DNA of 63,813 bases, the filler included, from Octopus bimaculoides (lineage: Eukaryota), in NCBI RefSeq assembly GCF_001194135.2. It is 5 parts of 4 records of this genome, joined end to end, with 100 filler letters (N's around TTAATTAATTAA, not from the genome) between each part and the next. Parts side by side here need not be neighbours in the genome. Positions count along the whole stretch, not along the records: positions 7,868 to 27,274 come from NC_068985.1; 4 more parts are not named here. One strand, given 5' to 3'. Under the pieces are notes generated by a model, which was not told where the DNA came from, did not search any database, and saw only the letters and a program-made list of their open reading frames with translations. Both the position numbers and the translations under genes were made by a program. Numbering within the stretch: the first letter of the stretch is position 1; every line of letters starts with the position of its first letter. Positions 13,931 through 26,250 of the stretch are shown piece after piece.

Positions 13931-14226
13931 TGTTCACTGTCATCAATTTACCGCAAAGAAAGGTCACCTTCATCAATTTATCGCAGGGAAAGTTCACCGT
14001 CGTCAATGCACCGCAGGGAAAGTTCAGCGTCATCAATTCACTGATATTGTTTCTTTTTGTTTTGTTTTTTTTTATGTTTTTTTTTATTTAATTAAAATAG
14101 ATTTTAACTATTAATGGTGAGATACTATGGATATATTTCCTCGGCGAACTTATCTCGCAGTGAACTTTCTTTACGGTGAATTGATGATGGTGAACTTTGC
14201 CTGCGGTGAATTGACGGCTGAGAACC
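13931..14226. mobile_element. MITE-like fold-back built from inverted arrays of a 30-bp unit
   Basis: Left arm has ~3.5 copies of GTCRTCAATTYACCGCAGGGAAAGTTCACC (13931-14042); right arm 14143-14217 is its reverse complement. The core resembles the MULE-end motif at 6856-6930. Confidence 0.75.
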
Positions 14227-14930
14227 AAATTTTGGCACAAGGGCAGCAAGTTCGAGGAAGCGGGTAAGTCGACTACATAGACCCCAGTTATCCCAGAACC
14301 AAAATGATTCAAAACAGTGTCTCTGGAGTTCTAATTGCAAATCTACTCTCCTTAATTTTCGTTTAATTTTCGTAATGTACTCGTGATGCACATTTAATTT
14401 TCGTGATGTACTCGTTTGTAACACAAGCCCATCACTTGCAACACCTGCTTTCTCTTCACCAACACCACCCCTTTCAATAATTTATCTTTCGATATAACAG
14501 GCTCTTGCACCTGCATCCCAACCAATCTCATTTATCGTTTTAATTCAAGGGCTAGACTCTCATCCTGTAAATGGCTGAAGTGTCATCCATTTATCAAAGT
14601 CTAAGTCGATAACTGCAAATATATTCCCATGAAACCTTTGGTCACAGGCTTCTGTGATCTACTAAGAGAATGATTTTTACCAATGAGATCTCTAGATCAT
14701 TATTTCTTCCAATTTGTCGCTGATGTGTGTGAATTTATTTTAATCTATCTATATATCTTTATATATACATACATATATACAAGTTTAAATATATATANNN
14801 NNNNNNNNNNNNNNNNNNNNNNNNNNNNNNNNNNNNNNNNNNNNNNNNNNNNNNNNNNNNNNNNNNNNNNNNNNNNNNNNNNNNNNNNNNNNNNNNNNNN
14901 NNNNNNNNNNNNNNNNNNNATATATATATA

Positions 14931-15772
14931 CACGAGGGAATACACAGAAGCAACCGAAATCGTTCTCTGTGGGACAAAACCATTTTAGTTTAGGCTTCCG
15001 CCACTAGAACCCACTTGACGCAACTCTCAGGCATCAGTATGCCGACCGGCATTGTCGGGTATTGTCGAGCTGCCACATGGTGCGTCTTTGTTTTGTAGTG
15101 CTTCTCCCTTGTTCGTTGATTTTGCGAAGGCTGAAACGAACGAATAGCGTGCCTCCGTGAAATTTTGTTTTCTACTGGAGAAAATGGAGGTCGAAACAGT
15201 TGTCATGCTTCAAACAGCTTACACAAAGACAGTGCCATGAGCAAAGCATAAATTTACGAGTGGTTTCCACGCTTTAGGAATGGTCAATTGTTGCTTGAAG
15301 CCTAACCTCAGTCAGGACGACCGTCGACCTCCCGAATGAATGAAAACATCACGAACGTTCATGAACTGATCTTGAAGGACCGTCACTGAACAATTGATGA
15401 ACTTCTTGATATGATTAGAGTGTTCTAGAGCTCCTACCAACGAATTTTGAATGAAGAATTGCGAAGGAAAGGAGTTGCAGCAAAATTTGTGCACGCTTGC
15501 TCACGGAAGATTAAAAGTAGTCACAACTGAATGGTGGTAAGAGCTGGGGCTACGGAATTTGAAGATGGGGAGGAGGTGAAGAAAAAACGACAGAGGTGTT
15601 ATAAGGTATCACTGCGCAAGAGTTCCAGCACTGCTTCGATACTGGAAAACGGCCTGGATCAATGCATTGCTTCAAATGTAAAATATTTGAAGACGATAAA
15701 AGTGTAAACATGTAAAACTAAGTGAATAAAATAATATTGCAAAAATCCGGTTTCTATTAGGTACATTTCATA
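14931..15772 (+). mobile_element. Internally deleted mariner element
   Basis: Degenerate TIRs CACGAGGGAATACACAGAAGCAACCG and CCGGTTTCTATTAGGTACATTTCATA. HTH motifs RASVKFCFLLE, IYEWF.RFRNG, SGRPSTS, VAAKFV are joined to the C-terminal FQHCF...WDQCIASN; the catalytic core is missing. Confidence 0.85.
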
Positions 15773-15923
15773 CATACATATTTCTGATTTAACTATGTAT
15801 CTATCTATCATATATATANNNNNNNNNNNNNNNNNNNNNNNNNNNNNNNNNNNNNNNNNNNNNNNNNNNNNNNNNNNNNNNNNNNNNNNNNNNNNNNNNN
15901 NNNNNNNNNNNNNNNNNNNNNNN

Positions 15924-16836
15924 GGAATTTATTGCTTTTTTAAATTTTGGAATCTATCTTTTTCGAGAATTCTATTTTTGAATCATTTTTTAATCTATTT
16001 TGCTTTTTTTTTTTTTGGAGTTAATTTTAGTTCATTTTTGTTTATTTTCAAATCATTAAAATGGAATGTCAAGTTAAGAAAAACGAGCATTTTCGACACC
16101 TCCTACTTTTTGCTTTTAATCAAGTTTCTAAGGCCGCAAAAGCTGCTTGCGACATTTGTGTTGTGTATGGAGAGGGTGCCATAGCTGAAAGAACCGCTCG
16201 TGATTGGTATGCCTATTTTAAAAATGGAAATTTTAGCCTCACAGACGCACCTCGTTCTGGCCGTCCAGTTGAGTTCGATGAAGAGCGATTACACCAACTA
16301 TTGCACGAAAATTCTCGTCAAACTACAAGGGAACAGGCAGAGAAAATAGAATGCTTCACACTACTATAGAGAAGCATCTTCACTCGATGGAAAAGTTTCA
16401 GAAGTATGGAGCATGGGTGCCGCATGCTTTAAGTGACAACAACAATCAACAAACCACAATCTCCGTTGGTTTGCTTGCTCGTCACCGCTCAACTCATGGA
16501 CACAAGCAATCATTTCTTTACCGAATCGTTACTGGTGACGGAAAATGGTACCTGTACATCAATATGAAGCAGCGTAAGGAATGGCTTAGCCCCGGTAAAC
16601 AAGCGACACCGCGCATGAAACAAGATCTTCATCCACGTAAAACGATGTTGTGCGTATGGTGGGACTGGGAAGGGATTATCCATTACGAATTGCTTGAACG
16701 GAACCAAACGGTCAACGCGGAACTTTATGTTCAACAGAGGGAACGACTCAACATGGCTATTTAAGACAGAAGACTTAATCGGCAGCATAGAGTTCTTCTG
16801 CTGCACGACAACGCCCGCCCTCATATCGCCAATATG
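15924..16836 (+). mobile_element. Mariner transposase, well preserved, cut by assembly gaps
   Basis: ORF from 16061: MECQVKKNEHFRHLLLFAFN..., SGRP, WVPHAL, IVTGDGKW, HPRKTMLCVWWD, LLLHDNARPH. One frameshift ~16360 and a stop at 16762. Confidence 0.93.
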
Positions 16837-17454
16837 NNNNNNNNNNNNNNNNNNNNNNNNNNNNNNNNNNNNNNNNNNNNNNNNNNNNNNNNNNNNNNNN
16901 NNNNNNNNNNNNNNNNNNNNNNNNNNNNNNNNNNNNNNNNNNNNNNNNNNNNNNNNNNNNNNNNNNNNNNNNNNNNNNNNNNNNNNNNNNNNNNNNNNNN
17001 NNNNNNNNNNNNNNNNNNNNNNNNNNNNNNNNNNNNNNNNNNNNNNNNNNNNNNNNNNNNNNNNNNNNNNNNNNNNNNNNNNNNNNNNNNNNNNNNNNNN
17101 NNNNNNNNNNNNNNNNNNNNNNNNNNNNNNNNNNNNNNNNNNNNNNNNNNNNNNNNNNNNNNNNNNNNNNNNNNNNNNNNNNNNNNNNNNNNNNNNNNNN
17201 NNNNNNNNNNNNNNNNNNNNNNNNNNNNNNNNNNNNNNNNNNNNNNNNNNNNNNNNNNNNNNNNNNNNNNNNNNNNNNNNNNNNNNNNNNNNNNNNNNNN
17301 NNNNNNNNNNNNNNNNNNNGTGTGTGTGTGTGTGTGTGTGTGCGTGTGTGAGTGAGTATGTGTATGTGTATGTATATATATATGATGTATGTATGCATAC
17401 ATGCATATACATATAGGTTGGTAAGTATACAAACATTATTAATTATTTCTAACA

Positions 17455-17650
17455 TAGGTACAGAGCAAATAATTTGTAGGGAGGAATTAGTCGATTACTT
17501 CGAAACCAGTGCTTGATAACTACTCATAATGTCTCCCTCGGCGTAGTGAAACATAAAGTCACATTTGATGGGATTTGAATCCAGAATGTAAAGACCGGAA
17601 TAAATAGCGTAATCCATAGTCTACAACACTCTAAAGAGTCTGCTAAACCA
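17455..17650 (-). mobile_element. SINE family C copy
   Basis: Reverse-complement match (gtcgattac...ggatttgaatccagaatgtaaag) to copies at 48779 and 63270. Confidence 0.65.
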
Positions 17651-18992
17651 CGATTCTAGTATGATTTAATAATAACATTGAAAATAACTCGTAAATAAAT
17701 ATTAAAAACTTGCCAAAACTTACACACATGCACACACGCACACAAGCATACACATCTATGTGTGTATGCATGTCCGTATGTATCTATATACATACATGCA
17801 TATATTTATATTAAAGTACTACAAAAAATTACCAATCATTAGTAGCTTGTAATATTGCACAGCAACTGTATTTATTAAGGCTATATAGATTTTCACATGC
17901 TGGTTTCATATATGTTTGGGTTTTGATTGCGATTCTAAGAAAAAGGAAAGACCAAATAAAAGAATCAACCATGAATTTGTTTTTCACTTATTGTATGAGT
18001 TTACCAACAAATTCAGATCCCAATCTTTTCTCGGAAATTGGAAATATCTAGTTTGTAAAGGAAATATTTAAATCTAAATTTATTTTTCTGGAGAGTTGTT
18101 CATGTTATTGCCGAAGGCCAAGCGAAAAGAGCGTTTTATTATGTTTTTTCATTTAATATCCTAGTTTATAACAAAAATATTCCTAATGTTCGATTCGTTA
18201 AGTATTTCTGACATTATTGTTTTATTCTGTTTATTTTCTTTTAATTTATATTTTATTACATTTTATGTTGCTTCTTCTGTGTATCTCTTTACACATTATA
18301 TAATGACTGTTGAATAAATGTGAGCTTTCCTATGTTTCTTTCATATGTTTATAAATGTTTGAGGTTCTGAATGTATATAAATATATAAGTGAACATATAT
18401 CTTGTCTCAAAGTTTCGTCATTTTCTTTCTTTGGGTTATTATATATGTGAACAATTCTCTAAAGGGCATATTTAGATTTTCCTTGTTAAAGTATACACCG
18501 AGAAAAATTTATCTTCATATAATAAGAAATACAACGCAATAGAAGATGTACACATTATCAACTTTAAAAAATTAGCTTACAGCCCTTTTTTCTCCCCAAT
18601 TTCAGGTTTCTACGAAGGAAGTCATATGGCATCCAAAGTCAGTAAGAAGCCAAGAAGTTGAAACTAATACAACGGCTGTATGCACACATATATACTACAC
18701 ACTCATGTAAACACGTATATGCACATATACTGATACATGCACACATAAATATATACATGTATATATCTGCAAAAACATACTTGTATATATGCATATGTCT
18801 ATATATGTGTGTGTGTGTGTATACCTATATATGCATACATAGAGACGACCATACATACATATATACATAGATACATACATACTGACATATATATATTTAT
18901 ACATAGATACATACAAACATACATAGATATCATAGTATATTTTTTTTTTATTCTGTTGTTACGATTGATTCATTAGAATAAAGGAAATACAT

Positions 18993-19001
18993 TTTATGAA
19001 C

Positions 19002-19091
<90 letters not shown>

Positions 19092-19113
19092 TGATGATGA
19101 TGATGATGATGAT
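18993..19113. repeat. (TAA)n-(TGA)n array 5' of the R4/Dong LINE
   Basis: Direct reading. Confidence 0.95.
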
Positions 19114-19115
19114 GA

Positions 19116-22100
19116 TAGATATACCGGGGACGTTTAACGGAGAGATACACCGAGGACGTTTAACATGTGAGAGCGATAAAACACTGCTCTGAAATTTATC
19201 CAAAAACATAGGAAATAAAGACATCATATGGAGCCAAAAATAGCTGACAAACGGTTGGACTATATCCGAGTAAGTAATACTCATTGAAATTTACATCTAT
19301 TTTTCAAATGAAATGATGTATTTTAACTGGATATCCTCTCCACTGCTCGCACAGCACATGTAAACACGCTTGATACGTTACGATCCATCAACACCAGACC
19401 ATCTCCGGCTCCAAGCACCATGTACAAAAAAAATTACGAATAAATTAAATAATACCGGTATTATTCAATCCAAAAATATCAATCGGGAAATGCGTTATTT
19501 AAACTTGTTACACAAAAAGTACGAAAAACTACACGTGCAAAACAATTTGACAACAGAAATGAACGGATCGGTACCCTACGAAAATGATAACCGTCAAAAT
19601 AAAGGGCCGGACGTTGTTCCTCATGTCCCGCAAATAAAACCAAAAAGGCATAAATGGACACGTGAGGAATATATTTCAATCCTACACGCTTATTTTGCAG
19701 CAGTGCCCTACCCAACGAATGAAAACTCAACAACATATATATCTGAAATTTCGAAGAAAAATAACCTAAATAAAGACTTGGATACAGCAATGAACCCTAA
19801 TAAACTAGCTAACATATGAAGATATATTCTCAAAGCAAAAAATAGAAATAGAAATAGAACAATTAAAAGGAAAAATACATCAGGAAAATGTAGATAGTAG
19901 CCACACAACAATGCCAAATAGTATAAACACTGAGAGAGTAAAACGCGAAAACATACGCAACATTTCCAACAAATACGAAGTAAACAGAAACAACAAACCC
20001 AGACTGTAGGGATGTATAACAATGTAGAAAAAGCACCAATTCAGAACACCACAGACAAACATATGAATGAGAAGAAAGGCGAAACAAATCTAAAACCTGG
20101 AAACAATGAAGGGGAACCTAATGATTATGATACTATAAAAATGAGAATAATCAAAGAACTGAAAACCATAGATCTCAGAATGGACCACCGATTATATCTC
20201 CCAAAAATCAAAATAGACAATAAAACAACATAATAAATAGCATAAACCTGGCCGTCACGGAACTAATAGCCACAGAAACAAAAGGCAATATCACTGAGCT
20301 AAATGACATAATATATGCAGCAGCCACTGCAGCCACAAAAGAAGCAGGATACTCACTCAAACCCATCCAAACAGGAGTTCCACTACCCAAACAAACACTG
20401 CGGATAAATATCCCCAAAAAATTAAATAAAGAGAAAAGATCTATCGAGTCTTAACGAAATTAGTAGACAATCAATACCACTAAGTAACAAGAAGAAAACA
20501 AAAATACTATGCAAATACAACATCACAGAAAAAGATTTACATGAGGTAAAAGAAAAGCTAAAGCAAGATATCCTTGCCAAAGCACAAAGGATCCACCGAT
20601 ATGAGAAACGCCTACGTTTCTTTGAACAACACAAACAGTTCAACTCCAACCCCAAAAAATTCTACCAAGAACTTGGCAAAAATAAAATAGACATTATTGC
20701 AGCATCAACAGCAGAGGAAGTAGAAGGATTTTGGAAAGAAATATTGTCGGTGAAGGAACAACCTCAGAAAAAAAAAACTATTAAAACAACGAACTTAGCA
20801 CCTGAGCAACTCTGGACCCCTATAACAACTGAAGAGGTCACCCAGGCACTGCAAAGACTAAGCAACTGGAACGCACNNNNNNNNNNAACAACTGAAGAGG
20901 TCACCCAGGCACTGCAAAGACTAAGCAACTGGAACGCACCTGGGCGCGACAAGATCCCCAACTTCTGGTTAAAATATCTGACAGGAAGACAAAAAGCTGG
21001 CTGAAAACTTCAACGACATACTAGCAGAGCCAGAGACAATGCCTGGATGGCTCACAAAAGGGAAAACTATCCTAAATCCCAAATCCACGGAAACGGCAAA
21101 ACCACAAAACTACAGATCTCTAACCTGTCTCCCTACAATCTACAAAACCTTTACTGCAATAATATTGCAGAGATTGAGTAAGTACCTGGAAGAAAACAAC
21201 CTGTTTCCAGAAGAGCAGAAGGGATGCTGCAAGGGTTCATACGGCTGTAGAAATCAATTAATGATCAATAAAGCCATAACTGAAGACAGCCGCAGAAAGA
21301 AAGGCCTCAGTATGACCTGGATCGACTACCGAAAGGCTTTTGATAGTGGTCCCCACATGTGGATCCTCGAAACACTAGCCATAAACACGGTAGCACCAAT
21401 AATTATAAAATACATAAGACACACTATGAATAAATGGCAGACAGTGCTACAGCTCCAAACAAAAGAGGGACTCGTGAAAACCAAAGCCATCCCCATTAGA
21501 AGAGGAATATTCCCTGAAGACACACTCTTTCCATTTCTGTTCTGCTTGGCACTGACACCTTTATCTGACATGCCAAATAGAACTGGTTGCGGATACAAAT
21601 GTTACGGCAAGACAATCATCCACCTTTTATATTTGGATGACCTAAAACTATACGCTACAAATGATAAACAGCTGGAAATACTACAGACAGTACATGGATT
21701 TACCAAAGAAATAGATATGAAATTTGGATTAGAAAAATGTGCCAAAGCAATCCTTAAAAGAGGAAAACTAGTTAAGAGTAGCAGTATCACACTAGATAAA
21801 GCCAATCAAATAAGAGAATTAGACCAAAGCTAGACATATTTAGGAATCAATGAACTGGATATCATACAACATACACAAATGAAAGAGAAAATAAAGAAAG
21901 AATACTATAGACGAGTTAGATCAATACTGAAAACAAAGCTCAATGCTAAAAACAAGATAATAGGTATTAACACTTTAGCCGTCTCAGTTATAAGTTACAG
22001 CTACAATATCCTTAACTGGACACTAAATGAACTAACCAAAAATAGACAGGAAAACAAGAAAAATAATGACGGGATCTAGGATGCACCACCCAAAATCTGA

Positions 22101-23393
22101 CATAGAATGGCTATATATACAACGTACAGAAGGTGGTAGAGGCCTTATACAGCTGGAAAACTATTACAAAATAACCACCATAGGACTGCAAAATACCTAC
22201 TTCAGAAGCAAGGAAAACTAATACAAATTGCCACAAAACACGAGCAAAACAAAAAACTGTTTTCAGTATTTCAAGAAGCTGACAACTACAAACAAGAAAT
22301 CATACTACCTAATAAATAAGAAGAAGAAGAATAAGAAGAAGAAGAAGAAGAGGAAGAGGAAGAGGAAGAAGAAGAAGAAGAAGAAGAAGAAGGAGGAGGA
22401 GGAGAAGAAGAAGCAGGAGGAGGAGGAGGAGGAGAAGAAGAAGAAGAAGAAGAAGAACGAACAAAAACTATAAAACAAATGAAATCCAAACTAAAACTAG
22501 AACAACAACGGACCATGATAAAACGATTGCAAGAAAAGCCTCCTTCATGACAAGTACTGGGTTAAAATAAATGCGAAAGAAATAGATAGAGAAAAATCCC
22601 AGCAATGGTTGGGAAGCTCAGGACTTAAAGCAGAGACTGAAGGATTTTTAATTGCAGTACAAGACCAAAGCCTCCACACCAGAAATTACCAAAAACGTAT
22701 AAAGAAAAGAAACATAACAAGTAGCTGCAGAATATGTGGCGATGGACAAGAAGCAATAAACCATATTATCTCTGGCTGCCCAGTCCTGGCTAAAAAGGAA
22801 TATATTCACAGACATGACAGAGCTGGGACCTACATACACTAGAAGCTATGCCAACACTATGGAAAAACAACAGAAAAAAAGATGGTATAGGCTCACGCCA
22901 GAAAAGGTCACAGAAAACGAGAAAGCAACCATACTCTGGGATATGCCAATACACAAAGATAGAGAAATTAAGACCAATAGGCCAGATATAGTTGTCAGAG
23001 ATCATGAAGGAAAAAAATGCTTTCTAATTGATGTATCAATACTAGCAGATGAGAACGTTTCTCTAAAAGAAATGGAGAAACTTTCAAAATACAAAGACCT
23101 GGAAATAGAGGTAACTCGAATGTAGAATCTAAAAACAGAAACACTTCCTATCATAGTAGGCGCATTAGGTATGATAAAAAAATATTCAGACAAATACATA
23201 ACAAAAACACCAGGACTTACAAATATATATAAGATACAGAAAATTGCACTACTGGGCACTTCACACATCCTAGGCAAAACACTTTCAATACAGTAACCAT
23301 AAGTGCATCGCAGCAAACCACAGCACATACCCAAGGCACACAGAGCTGCGCTCGGTAGTGAAGTGAAAGCACGTTATAAAAATAAAACTACTG
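19116..23393 (+). mobile_element. Near full-length R4/Dong-clade non-LTR retrotransposon (single ORF: RT, CCHC knuckle, restriction-like endonuclease), inactivated
   Basis: N-terminal RHKWTREEYISILHAYF; RT motifs YRSLTCLPTIYK, GCCKGSYGCRNQL, WIDYRKAFDS, HLLYLDDLKLY, FGLEKCA; knuckle CRICGDGQEAINHIISGC; RLE NRPDIVV...LIDVS...EKLSKYKDL. The 3' UTR ends ctactgaa-(taa)n. Multiple stops/frameshifts; 5' boundary uncertain. Confidence 0.95.
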
Positions 23394-23409
23394 AATAATA
23401 ATAATAATG

Positions 23410-23460
<51 letters not shown>

Positions 23461-23462
23461 TA
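23394..23462. repeat. (TAA)n array between two R4/Dong elements
   Basis: Direct reading. Confidence 0.95.
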
Positions 23463-25015
23463 GGTCCGTCTGGCGGGGTAAAGTCTGTCTCAAGAGCTGG
23501 CTGCCTCTTTAGCCTTGATCGGCAGCCCCTCTAGAGATAGTATCTCAATAAAAACACCGTCATTGAGTGAAAATGTCAAATACAAATGTATTAAACAACG
23601 TCGTGAATGAGATTGGAACTTATAATGGTGAAAATCTCTCGCATGGCAGGTGGCCTTTTTACAGCGGAGTAGGCCCGGTCGTCATCTAGCTACTGCGATA
23701 CGAAAGAAAACAGGGAAGATGGACTGGAACAGATTGAATGCAACTGTGATGGAATGTTACATCCGAAGTGAACCAAGCAGATTTGGCTATATCAAGAGAA
23801 TGAGAGATATATACATTGAAAAGAGATTGTTTAATATCACCCGACAGAGATTAATACACTAAGTAAGACAGATAAAAATTAAATATATGCCTCTGACTTA
23901 CAGGAGTATGAATCGAAGAAATTTAACGCAGAATCTACCAGACGGAAAATAGCAATGTACGACAGAGAGATGTCAATGATACTGAAAGTAGAGACAAGTA
24001 GGTTCAAATACCACGTATCATGAGACCCCCTGACTGTGTTGGAGAAATCAGAAAATCACTTTCTGATAGAAAGCTGGTTATTGCTAGTAGACTACATGAT
24101 ATTTCCTAGTCAGGTGAAAGACAAGTGTTACTATCAATAAAAAAAAATTAGATAAAGAAGAACAGAGTAGTTAAAGATAATTAGATAGTTAACCAAGTTT
24201 GGGACGAGATCAGAAGAAATGATATCACGATAGCCAACAATTTAATATATACTGCAGCAGTGGTAATAGCGGAAAGACTTGGAGTGGAGATAGTACAACC
24301 CCGAAAGAAATAGAGAGAATTTTGATAGAGAAGGCGTTTGCAGGGAGAGGTAGACCAGTGGCGAAAAGATCTTGCGAGCGTAGAGATTAGTAGTAACGGG
24401 AATAATATAAAATCTAGATTCTATGAAGCAATCCAAAGAAAGTACTGGCTGAAGCAAAAACGATATAGGAAAGTAATGGAAGAATTAAAACGAAGGATAA
24501 AAGTGAAAGCTGTCAAGGTCAAGATATACAAAACAGAATTGAACTGTTTAGACAAAGTAGATTTTACAAGGAACTAAATGGATATGTAACAGTGAACGTA
24601 CAATTTAACAAGGAAGAGACAAAGAAATTCTGAAGGATCATTTGGAGCCACTAAGTGAAACAAAATGGCGATGCAGAAGGGTTAAAAAAGTGATAAAGGA
24701 AAAATAACTCAGACCTGCCAAAAACAGAGAAACATATAGATCACAATAGAAAAGTTTTAGAAATGTCTTGAAAGGGATGCTAAACTCGAAATCTCTTGGA
24801 CCAGATTTGATCCAAGGATTTCGCTAAAACGTTTCACTGCGCTTCATGGTAGAATGAGCACACAGCTAAATAGTGGTATTGAGACAGGTGATGTTCCTCG
24901 ATGCATGATGAAAGGTAGGACAGTGGTGATATTGAAAGATCAAAAGAATGAAATATAGCAAGTAACTGCTGACCAATAACATAAGTCATGCCACTATGAA
25001 GGGATAAACCTCAAG
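23463..25015 (+). mobile_element. Second, divergent R4/Dong element: 5' UTR and N-terminal half, heavily decayed
   Basis: GRHLATAIRKK...WNRLNATVMECYIRSEPSRFGYIKRMRDI...TRQRL is the R4/Dong N-terminal motif. It continues with LKRRIKVKAVKVK, PGPD.IQGF-like and KGRTVVILKD segments and stops at the start of the RT. Confidence 0.85.
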
Positions 25016-25019
25016 GGGC

Positions 25020-25170
25020 TGTCAAAAGAGAATAAGACTTGTACTGAAAATTGAACTTAATTCTAAAACTTGCATCGAATCTATCAACACCCTGGCACTT
25101 CCACTAATCCGGTACAGTTTTAATATTAAATGGAACCCTACGGAAGTGCAACACATGGACAGGAAGGTCA
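25020..25170 (+). mobile_element. Post-RT fragment of an RLE LINE
   Basis: RIRLVLKIELNSKTCIESINTLALPLIRYSFNIKWNPTEVQHMDRK parallels the segment at 21910-22060. Confidence 0.8.
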
Positions 25171-25650
25171 TCTCATTGCACAATCTGTGGACTTGCACCA
25201 CCATAAGGCACACTCTTTCCACAGAGTCTGCATTTCTGGTTGTCAGAAGTTTTATAGATGTTATACTTCCCTGAATTGGTAGCGACAGCCTGGTTTATGC
25301 AGCAATGATCAGGTTTTCGGTAGTACGCTTCCAATCACCTCGATCAAGCCATGCCTACGATGCTGTATTATCCTTAACGTCTTGTATATTTCTTTCAAAC
25401 TGTACATGCATTCTCATTTCAAGAAGGTCTTCTTTTCTCTTCTCCTCAGTTCTTTGGTTAAGCTCTTCCTTCCTTGCCCGCCCATCATTTCATCAGCATT
25501 TACACTAATATCTTTGACGGCATATTGCAGCAGGTCATCATCACTGTTTATCAAATACTCGGCAAGCGTTCCACTTTCATTCCTTATACAACGGTCTATA
25601 CTAATTAGTTCTCTGCCACCATTTTTTCTTTTCATATGCAGTCTATTAGG
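25171..25650 (-). mobile_element. Inverted RLE LINE fragment (thumb to zinc knuckle)
   Basis: Minus strand NRLHMKRKNGGRELISIDRC...KCRLCGK is the sequence that canonically follows MDRK. Confidence 0.78.
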
Positions 25651-25759
25651 CAGTTGTAGCAGCCGGACGTGTTCTTCGCCTCTCTGACCATTCAACAGCC
25701 GAAGACAGAAACACTAAAATAACCCACCAGGGCAACTGAAAAATAACTCTCAAAGACTG

Positions 25760-26250
25760 GAATATCTACAATTTTCTGTGAGTATTTTAAGTTTCCTCCA
25801 AACTAAGTTAAGAAACTTACATATCTACAGTTTTCGAACACACAAACGATCAGCTTTAAAAACTTTAAAAACTTTAATATCTACAACTTCTGTGAATACC
25901 TATCCTTTCCTTTTTTCCCTGAGTATTCGAAAATGTTAACATCCTTTTTCTTCTAAGAACACTACAGTTTTCTCTGTGCGGACATGCAGAAGACCATCTT
26001 TAGTAAATCTTAAGACCTTAATATCTACAACTTTCTGTGAACATTTTACTCTCCTTTTCTTTACTTTCCTTTCTCCCTGAATATTCGAAAATGTAAACAT
26101 TCTTTTTATTGCAAAAACACTACTGTCTTCTCTAATTGGACATAGAAACGAGCATCTCTAGAAAACTTTAAAACTTTAATATCTACAATTTTGTGTACAA
26201 ATTTTATCTTTCTTTTCTCCCTGACTACCCGAATATGTAAACAACACAAT
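25760..26250. repeat. Diverged tandem repeat, ~115-160 bp unit, about 4 copies
   Basis: Unit anchor TAATATCTACAA at ~25760, 25875, 26019, 26177, with shared ctccctga.tattcgaaaatgt.aaca. Confidence 0.75.

Noticed and set aside
13931-14042. Regularly spaced 30-bp repeats resembling a CRISPR array
   Set aside because: The units are contiguous with no unique spacers, have an inverted partner array, and lie in a eukaryotic context with no cas genes.
20822-20939. Direct repeat of ~53 bp (aacaactgaagagg...ggaacgcac) in the LINE
   Set aside because: The copies flank a 10-N gap; this is a typical unmerged contig overlap.
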